A DNA stretch of 64,000 nucleotides from Azolla caroliniana. Taxonomy: Eukaryota > Plantae > Polypodiophyta. A program made the position numbers and the translations under genes. The notes below the pieces were generated by a model that worked only from the letters and a program-made list of their open reading frames with translations, made no database searches and was not told the DNA's origin. Every line of letters starts with the position of its first letter. Position 1 is the first letter of the stretch. Where the stretch lies: positions 11,098,001 to 11,162,000 of the forward strand of contig JBHGNT010000012.1 of the NCBI GenBank assembly GCA_043228905.1. The letters are read 5' to 3'. Below, one piece after another: positions 1 through 12,620 of the stretch.

Positions 1-658
1 TTTTAAAGAAAAATGACAACTAATAAGTTTTTAGATCTTAAAGAAATCAAAGTAGAATATTTCAAAACAATGAACGTTTTTATTCCATTCGATAAAATGT
101 TGTCTAAATTTGTTACATATAGTTGCACAACAAATACATTTGGGAGTTATTTGCATGACTATCATCATTCTTTTCATGAGACTCACTACTATAGATAATA
201 TACAATTGTGACTCTTCCTCCTCATCTTCCAATGTACCAATCAAATCATTGTCTTCACCAAATGGTATCTCCAAATTTTGTGCAATAAATCTTCTTCACC
301 TTCAATCTGAGATATCTTCTAGACTTGCTAATATCTCTTTTATTATGCATATCGTTGTTGTCCTTATACATCCAACTTTTGTTTGTGTAAAGTCATACAT
401 AATGATATCCACCTCATTAATGTCAATGATAGATGTATTACAAACTTTTAATACATCATCACTTCCAAAACTTTACCAATGCAGAATTGGTACCCTAGGT
501 CATGGCCATCTACAAGTGTAGCTATTAATATCCCCATCTTGAGTTCTTGCAAGTTTCCTTGTCATCTGAGTTATACTTGTGTTGTCATCCTTCATTCCAA
601 CTATAAAGATTAACATTAAGTAGTGATTAAGAACCACGTGAACACACTTATGGACCAT

Positions 659-3265
659 GTAAATGGCATTTGCAAGGTTCAATTACCATCAACACAATTA
701 TTAATAGTTTTTTGTTAATCAATGATGCACATGTTCACCATAAAGTATCTTGTTGTACAACATACTTGTTTGCACTATCGATATGCATCTTTTTCTCTTG
801 TTAAAACAAACATTTTAGTATGATTCAAGTTCATGTTTAAAAAACCTCTTTTATTTGAAAAAGAACAAGATTTTAAACATTAAGTCGATATGTTATATCG
901 AGTTGATGTAAAAAATAGAGTTTTCATCATAATTCCATACAATGTATTGAATTCTTGCTCAAAGTTTTTTTTACTGGATTTAAAAAATAAAAATAAAAAT
1001 AAATTGTGCTTGAGTTCATCTAGAAAACCATAATTTTCATCACAATTCGATATAATGTATTGAGTTCATGCTTAAAGTAATTTTTTCTAATTGTTTTCAA
1101 TTTTGTTTCAATTTTTTATTGATTTTGTTTTATTTTTTAAACATCAATTTGATACATTGTATCGACTTGTGATAAAAGCTCTGGTTTTTTCATCACTTAT
1201 TAAACCTCAATTTTGTTTTAGAAAAAAAAACAAAATACAAAAATAAAATAGAAAAAAATGTAATTATTTTTTAAAAAAAATCCAAAATTAAACTTTTCAT
1301 GTCATGATATGGTAGGACTTGAACCCATGACCTAATGTTACATGGGTCAAGCTCTTGACCATTAGACCATACATTGTAATACATAAAATATTATTTTTAT
1401 CACTTATTAAAGCTTAATTTCTTTTTAGAAAAAAAACAAAACACCATAATAAAATAGGAAAAAATGTAATTATTTTAAAAAAAAATCTGAAATAAAACTT
1501 TAAACATGAACTCGATACACCGTATCGGGTTCATGTAAAAAAGTTAGCTTTTCAAGATGAACTCGATACGGCGTATCGAGTTCATGTTGAAAAGGCGTAT
1601 CGAGTTCATATAAAAAAGTTAACTTAGTTCATGTCATGATTTGGTAGGACTCAAACCCATGACCTTATGCTACATGGGTCAAGCTCTCAACCATTAGACC
1701 ATACATTGTAATACATAAAATATTATTTTCATCACTTATTAAAGCTTAAAGTTTTTTAGAAAAAAACAAAATACCAAAATAAAATAGGAAAAAATGTAAT
1801 TATTTTTAAAAAAAAATCCGAAATAAAACTTTAAACATGAACTCGATACGCCGTATCGAGTTAATGTAAAAAATCTAGCTCAGTTCACGTCATGATATGG
1901 TAGGACTCGAACCCATGACCTTATGCTACATGGGTCAAGCTCTTGACCATTAGACCATACATTGTGATACATAAAATATTATTTTCATCACTTATTAAAG
2001 CTTAAAGTTTTTTAGAAGAAAAAACAAAATACCAAAATAAAATCGAGTCCTACCATATCATGACATGAACGAAGCTAGCTTTTTTACATGAACTCAATAC
2101 GCCTTTTCAACATGAACTCGATAAGCCGTATCGAGTTCATGTAAAAAAGTTAGCCGTATCGAGTTCATGTAAAAAAGCTAGCTTAGTTCATGTAAAAAAG
2201 CTAGCTTAGTTCATGTCATGATATGGTAGGACTCAAACCCATGACCTTATGCTACATGGGTCAAGCTCTTGACCATTAGACCATACATTATAATACGTAA
2301 AATGTTATTTTCATCACTTATTAAAGCTTAAAGTTTTTTAGAAAAAAAAAGAAAATACCAAAATAAAATAGGAAAAAATGTAATTATTTAAAAAAATAAA
2401 TCCGAAATAAAACTTTAAACATGAACTCGATACGCCGTATCGAGTTCATGTAAAAAAGTTAGCTTTTCAACATGAACTCGATACGGCGTATCGAGTTCAT
2501 GTTGAAAAGGTGTATCGAGTTCATGTACAAAAGTTAGCTTTTCAACATGAACTCGATACACATGAACTCGATACGCCGTAGATTAACTCATGTCATCATC
2601 ATTCCCTCTCAGTCCCTCTCTCTCTCTCACTCTCTCTCTCTCTTCTTTTCTCAAGTGTTCTACACCTTAAATTCTTCTTAGTACTAATATTTCTCTCTTA
2701 GTACTAATTTCGTCTTTGTCTTAGAATTTTGTTTTGGAGCTTTAATAAGTGATGGAAAAACCAAAGTTTTTATCACAAGTCGATACAATGTATCGAGTTC
2801 ATGTTTAAAATTATTATTTTTTCCATAAAAAATAAAAAAAATAAAAAAAATTGAAAAAAACAAAAAAAATTTGAAACAAATTGAAAATGTTTTTTTAAAA
2901 ATTAGAAAAAATTACTTTAAACATGAACTCAATACATTGTATTGAATTGTGATCAAAATTCTGGTTTTTCTATGAACTCAAGCTTAATTTATTATTATTA
3001 TTATTTTTTAAATCCGGTAAAAAAACTTTGAACATGAATTCAATATATTGTATAGAGTTATGATGAAAACTCTATTTTTTACATCAATTCAATACAACAT
3101 ATCGTGTTCATGTTTAAAACTCTTGTTGTTTTTCAAATAAAAGAGGTTTTTTAAAGATGTATGTTGCACAACAAGATACCTTATGGTAAATATGTGCTTC
3201 ATTTATTAGAAGAAAACCATTAATAATTGTGTTGATGGTAATTGAACTTTGCAAATGCCATTTAC
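659..3265. mobile_element. Foldback-like element: ~550 bp imperfect inverted arms (659-1208 / 2737-3265) around an internal tandem array
   Basis: GTAAATGGCATTTGCAAGGTTCAATTACCATCAACAC at 659 is the reverse complement of the sequence ending at 3265, and the homology continues inward to about 1208/2737. The palindrome ACATGAACTCGATAC-NNN-GTATCGAGTTCATGT recurs inside. No TSD or ORF found. Confidence 0.7.
1300..2580. repeat. Tandem array of ~260-330 bp units, each starting with an LTR-5'-end/tRNA-like cassette, interspersed with 33-bp hairpin palindromes
   Basis: Units start (T/C)GTCATGAT at 1300, 1632, 1888 and 2214, with an inverted partial copy at ~2044-2066. Palindromes lie at ~1504, 1556, 1835, 2109, 2418 and 2470. 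Confidence 0.85.
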
Positions 3266-4210
3266 TTCACAAAATTTGAAGGGGAATTCTTATAAGTAAG
3301 GAGATTATAACATTGTAGATACCTTGATAACTATGTGTTATGTTCAAATTGATATATTAATGTTCACATCTAAAGTTTCACAATTTATGAATATCGTCTA
3401 CATTTTAGGAGTTGTGGATTTATCAAAATTGTTTATAAATTTTGTCTACATTTCTTGAGTTGTGAATTTTATGGATGTTAATGAGCACTAATTTATAGAT
3501 GATGACATTAAGGATTGCAATATTACCTTTTATACTTAAAACATTTTCAAGTCTAACAATAGATGTAACCTTAATCTTCTCAAGACAGTGAAACCATTAA
3601 TCTTAACTTGTGCCTTGAGTTGACCATAATTGTGATTTTCATTAAGTTAACTACATTTCATATCTGTAAACGATCAACATTTAAACATTATCCCTAAACT
3701 ATTCAATTTTAGAAATTATCATTTTGAAATTTGTTAAATCTCAAAAAATTAGCAAAATTTACATGCTATTTAAAACATGTGATACTAGTGTATCAAGTTT
3801 TTGGAAATTGTCTAAAATCGCAAGATTATAAAAGGAATCTATAAGTGGAATGCGCAATCCTTCCACTTGTGAATGCAAAGGTGTTGTCCTCCTTACGACA
3901 AGCGTTACCCTAGGATGAGGAACGCCGGTTTCGTCAAGCAATCCAGTGCACGATTTGCTTGAACTCGGGGCATTCCGCAGTGGAGTGCAACATGCGAATC
4001 CACTGCCCAATCTACCACCATGATGGCTCACTGCCCAATGAACCCTAAGCCACGAAAAGAAGGAAATAGAAGATCTGCTGCACAAAACAGAAACCCACCT
4101 TCTAACTATCAGCGCTCCCATCACTCCTCCCCCTCACCTTCTCCTCCATCCTATCACAGAGCTCCAACCCACCGCAACCACCAATCTTCTTCCCACGAGC
4201 CTACTCTGGC

Positions 4211-6912
4211 GATGCCGATCTTCATCTCTACAGCCTTACGCTGATGGCTCGTGGAGAAACGCCTGGATGGGTAAATCCGGGTCGTAGAGGCATCCCCACA
4301 CCCGGATGCCATCGACATCGCCAGGAAGCTTAACATCGGCATGGTCACCAACTCTTCCATCCGGAAAAATTTGGACCTGTCATCGCTAGGCAAAAGGCAT
4401 TTCGAAATCCCTCCTGCAGAGGCGCTGCAGAGATATTTTGGGCCATATTCCTCCTCCGCCAAGGCCTATAGAACGAAACAGATTTCGGATCCCTTCTTCC
4501 GTGAAGTTGCCAAGTTCCTGTTAGAGGTCGGCTGTGTACATGTCAATGCATATGGGATGCCCAAACAGAAGGCGGGCATCATTATTGATACCTTTGAAGG
4601 GCGTGCGGTGCATGCGTATCAGACAAGCAAAAAGCTCAGGCCGATCATACAAGAGTACCTTACGGTGCTATTTCCACCCCGAGGCCTATCGGCACCGTAG
4701 CCTAGTCGACCCATGCCCTCGCCCCGATCCGCGAAGCGCAGGTTAGCGGAGTTAGTGGCCCTAGAGTGGGACGAGGAACCCCAACCCACCGAGCCAAACA
4801 CACGGACAACGCAGGAGGAACAGCCGGCACGTTCCGTGCAAGCAGCCCCAGAGCTAGACACCAAAACACGGCAGGATAGCCCCAGACTAAAACGGCGTAG
4901 ATTGGACAGGAAAGATGGGCGGGGATTGGTCAAAGACGTCCCCACGGTGGTAGAGAAAATGACCTAAGGTGATGGCTTCACATCTACGGAACCCAATACC
5001 ACCTTTGAAATCATCTGGGAGCCACGACCAATCATTACGACCCAGTCCCAACGAGGGAAATCCGTATTGACAGCGGAAAGCGAGGTTTTGGCATATATCC
5101 AGATATCCCGAATACGGCCCATGAGTTCAACGCCCTCTTACAGTTCGGAACCTCTTACAGTTTGGAGCTCATGGAATTCCTGGCAACACAACAGATCAAG
5201 GCCTCCCAACGAATGGCCGAGGAGCACGTGGAGCGCCAGATGATCGAGCGCGCCCTAACACAAATGGCGGAGAGCGACGATGAGGACCGGCTAGCCAGGG
5301 TCGGCAGACAGAGGAACACCAGGGTACGCCGAGTGGGGATGGAGCTACCCCCATTAAACACGGCCCTAGTCGAAGTCCATAGGGAACTGGCAAAGGTCGG
5401 CACGGGCGCCAAGGAGATGGCCATTAAAAATAAGAATGTCTGGAAGAAGGTGAAAATGACCCAAGCCGAGTTGCAAAAAGCCAACGAATGCATCGGGGAG
5501 TTGGAAGCTAATGCGACTACGGCGCAACACGCAACTCCGCCACAAAACCACACCATTGACACTTTGAAGAAAGAAATTGAGGCTCAGACCGCCATCGCCT
5601 CAAAAACAAAAAGGGTCGTGTAACTAGCGGAATCAGAAATTGACCGCATTCGAGTTGAACTGCGCCAATCCTCAGACAGAGAAAAGGAGATTCGGGCTAA
5701 TGGCCGGAAGGCAGTAAAAACCCTTGAAGAGAAACTCACTATAGAGGTAGCTCAACACATCCGGACAAAAGACGAAAACGCCCAATTACGGGATGAAGCG
5801 AAGAAATCGGAGGCGGCAATCGCGAGACTCCGGGCCTTATAGGAGAAAAAGAAGGTATGGTTCGACGAGCAGCTGGTGGTGGAACAGGAAAGAAGGCATC
5901 AGTTCGAAATCCGCCTAAACAAGGAAATGGGGAAATTAGAAGAACAACATGCAAAGGAATCCCAGTTGTGGGCGGGCCTGAAGGCCACGTATGAAGAAGC
6001 GGCGGCGGTTAGGCAACAAGAAATTGCAAACCTCCAGAAGTCGATGAAGGACGCACGCAACCGTTGCCAGGCCATCACAGACAACATGTGTATCCTTCTC
6101 CAAACAAATCGGGAGAGGTTCACAATGCAATTGAAAACGGCGTTTTACAAAGGATGGATGGCGTGGGCATCCCAAGCAGCGGAACTGCACGCGTATTGTG
6201 CGGACTGGGAGAACCGGCGAAAAGACGGCCGAGGTTCCTATAAACTAAATGAGGAGAGCATTGCGGCCGTACGCGAGGACCTAGCGCAAGACTATCGTGT
6301 GCTAGCGGACCAACATTCCGAAGAACTCGCATAGCTCTTAGATGATTTTGGTGAAAGCCAAAGGAGCTATTTCACCAGATCACACAAGCCGGCAATACGT
6401 GAACAAATGATGAATCCAGCGCGATGCCAATTCAGGGCACGACCGAAGAAGAGGAACCTCAGGCTAGAACACCAGAAATTACAACAATGGTGAACAACGC
6501 GGACCGACGAGCGGAGTCCCCCACAGTACCAGACAGTGAAACTGCTACCCAAGAGGAGCTCCATCCGCAAGAGCCCACGCTATCGGTGGACCACACAGAG
6601 AACGTTGTGGGCCAGGCGGAATTGCAGCCCCACTCTCAGGAGCGTACAAAGACGGCCGACACCACGGAAGGAGTAACGATGGAGACAGAGCCGTGGCCGA
6701 CCGCAAGCTCGACGACAACAGAGCCCAACCCACTAGCTCAAGAAGAGCCCACTATACCCGGACCGCCCACACACGACGACAGCGACACCGGGAGAAACCA
6801 TTCTGACCAAACAAGGGAGCCACACCACGATGCACCTACGGGCCCTACGTCGCCTCCAGACGCGGACATTGTAACAGAGCCAAACATCCGAGCCATTTTG
6901 GAAGAAGATTAA
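4211..6912 (+). pseudogene. Degraded accessory ORF of a non-chromoviral gypsy element (globular N-terminus, coiled coil, acidic/Pro-Thr tail)
   Basis: ORF pieces 4341-4700, 5162-5623, 5876-6334 and 6424-6912 are clearly homologous to 10141-12620 (e.g. YFGPYSSSAKAY...FFREVAKFLLEVG vs YFGEYSPFAKAF...FFNEVAKFLMEVG; LPPLNTALVEVHRE vs MPPLHEALVEVHRE). Multiple stops. Confidence 0.75.
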
Positions 6913-6940
6913 CAGGATGGGTCCGACGTGCTAGGGCACT

Positions 6941-7067
6941 ATCCCACAGGCGTGCCAGGTGTTGTCAGCCGGAATAGTAACCGACGGACAAGCGCGTAGG
7001 AATAAGAAATAATATAAGATCATAACGCATGTAACGGTTCACGTAGGAAGCGTGAACGGCAATAGTA
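6941..7067 (+). mobile_element. tRNA-Arg 3'-end copy (inverted PBS) followed by the start of a truncated LTR (TGTTG at 6960)
   Basis: ATCCCACAGGCGTGCCA-GG-TGTTG; homologous to the reverse complement of the junction at 63225-63290. Confidence 0.65.
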
Positions 7068-9778
7068 ATGATGTTCGGATTAAAAATATCTCCGACAAAA
7101 TTTCAAAGGGTTATACAGGAAATCTTTCCGGAATACATTCCTGCATTTATGAAAGTTTTCCTGGATGATTTCGCTGTGTATAGTCGGAAAGTGGAACATT
7201 TCAAACATTTACGACTATGTTTGGAGCAATGTCGGAAAGGTCGGCTCAGCTTGAATCTGGCAAAATGCGCATTCGGAGTTACTAGTGGGACACTGTTAGG
7301 CCATATTGTCGGCCAACAAGGAATTGCAATTGACCCAGACCAGGTCAGGACCATATTAGAAGCACCAGCACCTACAAATGCTAAGGGCCTTAGTCGGTTC
7401 TTGGGGTAGATTAGATGGCTTAGTAGGATGATTAGATATCTTGTGGATGTTGTCATTCCTCTACACACAGCGGTGCATAAAGTTCCTTTTCAATGGACAA
7501 GTGTGGAATAGGACGTGTATGAGTGTCTCAAGAAAATGTTATCTAAAGTTCTGGTGCTTCAACCACCTGACTAGAATAAACCATTCCATGTGTTTGTTGA
7601 TGCATCCGATATAGCAATCGGCAGTGCACTTATGCAGTTATCCGAACCAAACTGGTATAGACCAGTGTATTACTCTAGTCGGAAACTCTCCATAGCGGAA
7701 GGAAATTATTCAACAACCGAGAGGGAAGCGTTCGGAATGATTTATAGTATCAATAAATTTCGCCACTACCTTTTGGGCAAGAAATTTACATTCCATGTCG
7801 ATCATTCTGCTCTTCTCTATTTGGTCTCTAAACAAGAATTAACTGGTAAGCTAGCACGATGGACATTATTACTACAAGAATTCGAGTTTGACATTTTACA
7901 TCGGCCAGGAGTACAGCATGCGATTATTGATTATCTTAGCCGACTAGAGTCGGGAGAAGAAGGCATAAGTGTGGCAGATGATTTTCCGGATGGAAGCAGT
8001 ACGGGTACAAGAAATAAATGAGGAAGGCAAGGATGCTTGGATCTTTGAGATGACAAGAATCTTACAACAGAGCTACCACCTGTCATGATAACAGTCACAT
8101 CATGCATCGAAAGGATCATGACACTCACATTATGACTCGAAAGGATTTGAACCCACGACCTTGTTGTACACATGTCAAATCCTTAACCATTGTATTAATA
8201 TTCTTATATGTATAGTCTTTAGAATATGAAATCTAATATCATAGGAATATTCTATATTACTCTACATTCTAGAATGACCTAGAATATTCTAGAGTGTTCT
8301 ATACCACTAGAACCTTCTAGAATACTCTAGAGATCTTCTAGATTACTCTACATTCTAGGATAACCTAGAATATTCTAGAGAGTTCTCTATTACTTATAAA
8401 TAGGGATCTACCACCCATCCCAAACCTAAATTGGTTCAACGCCATTTTGTAGCCTACTCTTTGTAATCCATTTTACGCTTCAATATAATAATTCTCTTTC
8501 AATTATCTCTCTATCTCTTTTTCTCTCTCTTTCTCTCTCTCAGTCTTGACACCACCCAAGCATTTATCGGCGGAGGAAAGGAAAAGGTTAGCCGTTCGTA
8601 GTCGGAATTTCTGTTTTTTGAACGATACTCTCTATCCTAAAGGTGCAAACGGAATTTGGAGAAGGACAGTACGACAATTTGAGAAATTGATAATTTTGCG
8701 AGAATCCCACTATGGTATTGCAGGTGGGCATTATGCCGGAGAAACTATAGCCAGAAAGATATGGAACAGTGGCTTATGGTGGCTGACAGTAATGAAGAAT
8801 GCAATGGATTATTGTTGAAAATGTGATCTATGTCAAAGACTGGGGCAACCCATAGAAAAGGACAGAATGCCTTTCCAACCCGTTTTGCCTTTGGAGCCAT
8901 TTCAAAAATGGGGATTGGATTTTGTCAATCCGTTTAAACCAGCAGCCATACGCATAGGTAATCGTTACCTCATAGTCACCACAAATTACTGTACAAAGTG
9001 GGTAGAAGCTAAACCTCTCAAGGACAATACGACAGCATCAACAACAAAAATTTTATACAAAAATATATGGTGTTGGGTGATAGAATTAGTAAGCGATCAA
9101 GGTACACATTTTATTAATAAAATTGTACATGAGCTATCCACATATTATGCGGTGGTTCATAAAAAGAGCACTCCTTACTATCCACAAGCAAATGGATTAG
9201 TAAAATCGACAAATAAAACATTGTAGACAATACTCAAAAAGATAGTCAAGGAAAATCGTACAGATTGGGATCAAAAGTTTCAGAGTGCTTTATGGGCATA
9301 TCAGACGTCTTATAAAACATCTATTAAATCAACTCCTTTCCAAATGGCTTTCGGATTAGAAGCCATAATGCCAGTAGAATTTCAGATTCTAACACTCCGA
9401 ATACAAGCAACTGAAAAATTAAATGAACTGCAGTCGGAACAAATTCGGAAAGAAGCCTTATCACTGTTAGAGGAAGAAAGAATACAAGCCATGTCAGCTT
9501 TGGAACACAAGCAAAGACAAACAAAGGCATTTGTAAATCGTCACAGACGTCAGAACGAAATACAGTTCGAAATCGGTACTAGTATTCCAAACTAAGATGG
9601 GGGCAATGCCAGGAAATTTACAATTTCAGTGGACAGGACCAATGTGGATTGTCAATAGCAAGAATGGGACGTATCAAGTGTGTACATTTTACCAAAATGG
9701 GTAAATGGTTTCCGGCTTAAACCGTATCACGAGCCAATGCCGGAAAACCCATTTCAACTCGAAACTGATGCAAATTGA
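7068..9778 (+). pseudogene. Gypsy pol fragment (RT, RNase H, integrase), disrupted by stops and a solo LTR
   Basis: ORF track 7068-7409, 7590-8021, 8546-8818, 8867-9226 and 9344-9595 carries canonical motifs. Confidence 0.9.
8081..8551 (+). mobile_element. Solo LTR of the Tcn1-like chromovirus group
   Basis: TGTCATGATA...TTGACA termini, 5-bp TSD CCACC, TATAAATA at 8395, TCTAGA-rich U3 and a tRNA-like A/B-box cassette as in the LTRs at 16853-17286 and 57945-58387. Confidence 0.92.
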
Positions 9779-10140
9779 GGTGGCATACATCACACACACA
9801 CAAAAACTAACTATAGAAAATCTTGGCCAAAACAACTAACTATCAAAAAGAAAATCTTGGAAAAGACTTAGACAGACTATAAGTAAAGGACTAGTGGAGA
9901 CATGCAACTAACACTCATTATTGCTATTCTTAACTTTTTCATTAATAGTATCTTTTCTATTCCCTAGGCATCATGCAACGCGTTATTTCCTTAAAAGTTA
10001 TTTCTGCAATGTTTGTTTCACCACAGAAACAGAAGCATATACGTGTTGAACAATTTTCTGCTCTCTCTCGCCCTAGCCTAAAACTCTGCTCTGATTCGTC
10101 TCCAACACAGAACTTCGATTCATCAGTTGACGAAGAGAAT

Positions 10141-12620
10141 ATGGCGATTTATGTTTCTGACAACTTGCGATAGTGGCTCGCCAACAAAAATCTGCAAGTG
10201 TTCATCAAAGTTGCAAAGGCAGAACCGCAGCCTCGTGCTGTAGAAATTCTGCAGCAAATCGACGTACCCAAAATCACCAATAAAAAGGTACGTTCTAGTT
10301 TGGAATTAAAAAGAGAAGGTTTCGATGTTGTCCAGAAAATGGACAAGGATGTGCTCAGGTCGTATTTCGGGGAATATTCTCCCTTTGCGAAGGCTTTTCA
10401 AACGCAAGGTCGTGTAGATGAATTTTTTAATGAAGTCGCAAAATTTTTGATGGAAGTAGGGTTTGTCAGTCCCAGGTTTTATTATATGCCCAAGAAGCGG
10501 GCCAGATTCATAATCACCACATATGAGGGTGAAATTTTTTATTGGGCGTTGTTGTCAGCAAACGCTCTACGAGAGCAACTGTATGGGGTGTAGCAAGGGA
10601 AACCAATGAAACCGATATTTGATTGGTGGTTGTCAGTATTGTTTCCGTCTCAGAGATCGGAAAGCCAACCGCAAGAACAAAGGCCGCCATGGCCACAAGC
10701 ACCTCGACCCCGAAGACAAGTGCAATGAGAAGAGTAGCAGTAAGAAGAATCGACGCATGTCGACACCACTCAATCAGAACCTGAACAACAACCGGTCGCA
10801 CCACAACCTCAAAAACAGCCAACCACGCACCCAGAATCTGGACAACAATCGGATCCCAGGACGACTACACCACTATAATCACAAGCACAACAAAAATCAA
10901 CACTTGTCGGAGCTGAACAGTCGACACAACGACCAAGAAGGATGAAACAAAGATCCCAACGATTTTTCAGACTCAGCAAGAGGAACCTGCACAGAAGAAA
11001 CAAAGAACCGACGATCAAGCCACAAAGAGTGCACAAATACCTCGGGTCAATCCTAATGACACGACCAGAGTTCAGAAAGGGCAATCATCAATAACAACAA
11101 TACGAGAAGCAGTAGGCTTTATCGACATTCCTCCAGCGGCACATGAATTGGCAGCTATTCTACAATTCGGAACATCATACGAGCTAGTAGAATGGTTAGC
11201 ATGAAGATTACAGGAGGTGTCGGAAAGAATGGCACAGGAGCACTAGGATCAAATAATGATCCAAAAATCATTGAATGGAGCTATCGAGCCAGAAGAACAA
11301 CAGGAATTAGATTGAATCGATAGACAGCGTAGTGCGAGAAACAGGGCGAGGCTATACAGATGCCACCATTACATGAGGCTCTGGTAGAAGTACATAGAGA
11401 ATATGAAAAAGCCAACCGAGCAGCCAAAGATATGGCTGATTTATACAAAAAATCAGCAGTGGCGTCTGAAGTACTACATGCACAATGTACAAACATGAAA
11501 ACTAAAAACCTGCACAACTCCGACAAACAGAAGACCAATTACAGAAAATAAGGGATGAACTATTGCAGAAGGACTCAAGAAGACCTTTGGAGGTTGATCA
11601 AGAATTGCAACAAAAGCTACAACAAGTAGAACCAGCATTCAAGGTGGCGGAAGTTAGAGCCGAAAAAGTTGAAATCCGATCCAAGAAACTGGAGGATCGG
11701 ATACAACTGGCAAAGATGGAAATCGGAAAATGGCTCGATGCAAAGGATGAATTAATTCAACAGCTATGCTGAAAGTTAGCACAACAACAAGAAAGCACAC
11801 GCCAAAACGTTGAGCAAGTGGAGGAACTTGAAGAATATGTAAATGTACAAACAGAATATTTTGCAGAGGAGATGGTTGGAAAAGACACCTTGCTTAAGGA
11901 AACCAACGAAAAATATAACAAACAACAGGAAGAATGGGAAGCAGATAGGGCAGTTCTCAAAAGACGGTGTTTAGAAGTAGAAGCCCTGTCTGGAAAAAGG
12001 TGACTTGACCTATTACTCACGCAAAACAAGCTGTTGCAGACAGAAGCAGAAAATAATGCTCAAATTGATGATTTACAAAGAACATTGGCAGCAACACAGT
12101 TTTAGGCAAGTATAACCGAGGAAAGAATTCGAGATATCCTAAGACGCCATAAACTTAACACCTTGAAAATAGTGAATGAGTCCATCGATAACGGCTGGAA
12201 AACCTGGTCGGCACAAGCAGCCAAACTTCATTTGTCATGGGCTGATAGAGACAATAGGAAGACTCACGGTCAAGGTTTCTTCAAAATGATGAAAGAAGCA
12301 ATATCAACTGTTTAGGAGGATAATATATTGCTAAAGACTTGTATGAGATAGCAGCGTGTCACCGAGAGGAAGTTAGTCGAATTATGCAAGAATTCGACAA
12401 ACATGATGTCGACACAGTTGTCCAGCTAGATAACCTTGAATCCGAAAGGCGAGATCAGACCCTAGGACTTGAAGCACCAGCAACAGAGAAACCAAGACAA
12501 TCGACCTCAGATACAAACATGTTTACAGAATCTGAAGACGAAGACAAAGAAGACATACAGCAACTCAAACCTTCATTGTTCGATATTCTACAGGATGACG
12601 CAGAGGATGAATTAGATTAG
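10141..12620 (+). pseudogene. Degraded accessory 3' ORF of the gypsy element (coiled coil, acidic C-terminus)
   Basis: Lies downstream of INT on the same strand and is homologous to 4211-6912. Pieces 10198-10593, 11360-12003 and 12339-12620. Confidence 0.75.

Noticed and set aside
1-650. Short ORFs in the AT-rich window start
   Set aside because: No recognisable motifs; likely decayed repeat.
1310-1370. Possible functional tRNA genes here and in the LTRs
   Set aside because: A/B boxes are present but the acceptor and anticodon stems do not pair, so they were treated as tRNA-derived cassettes only.
10165-10176. In-frame stop at the same codon (LR*WL) in both accessory ORF copies, suggesting readthrough
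   Set aside because: The stops differ (TAG vs TGA) and are simply explained by C-to-T decay of CAG/CGA in heavily mutated copies.
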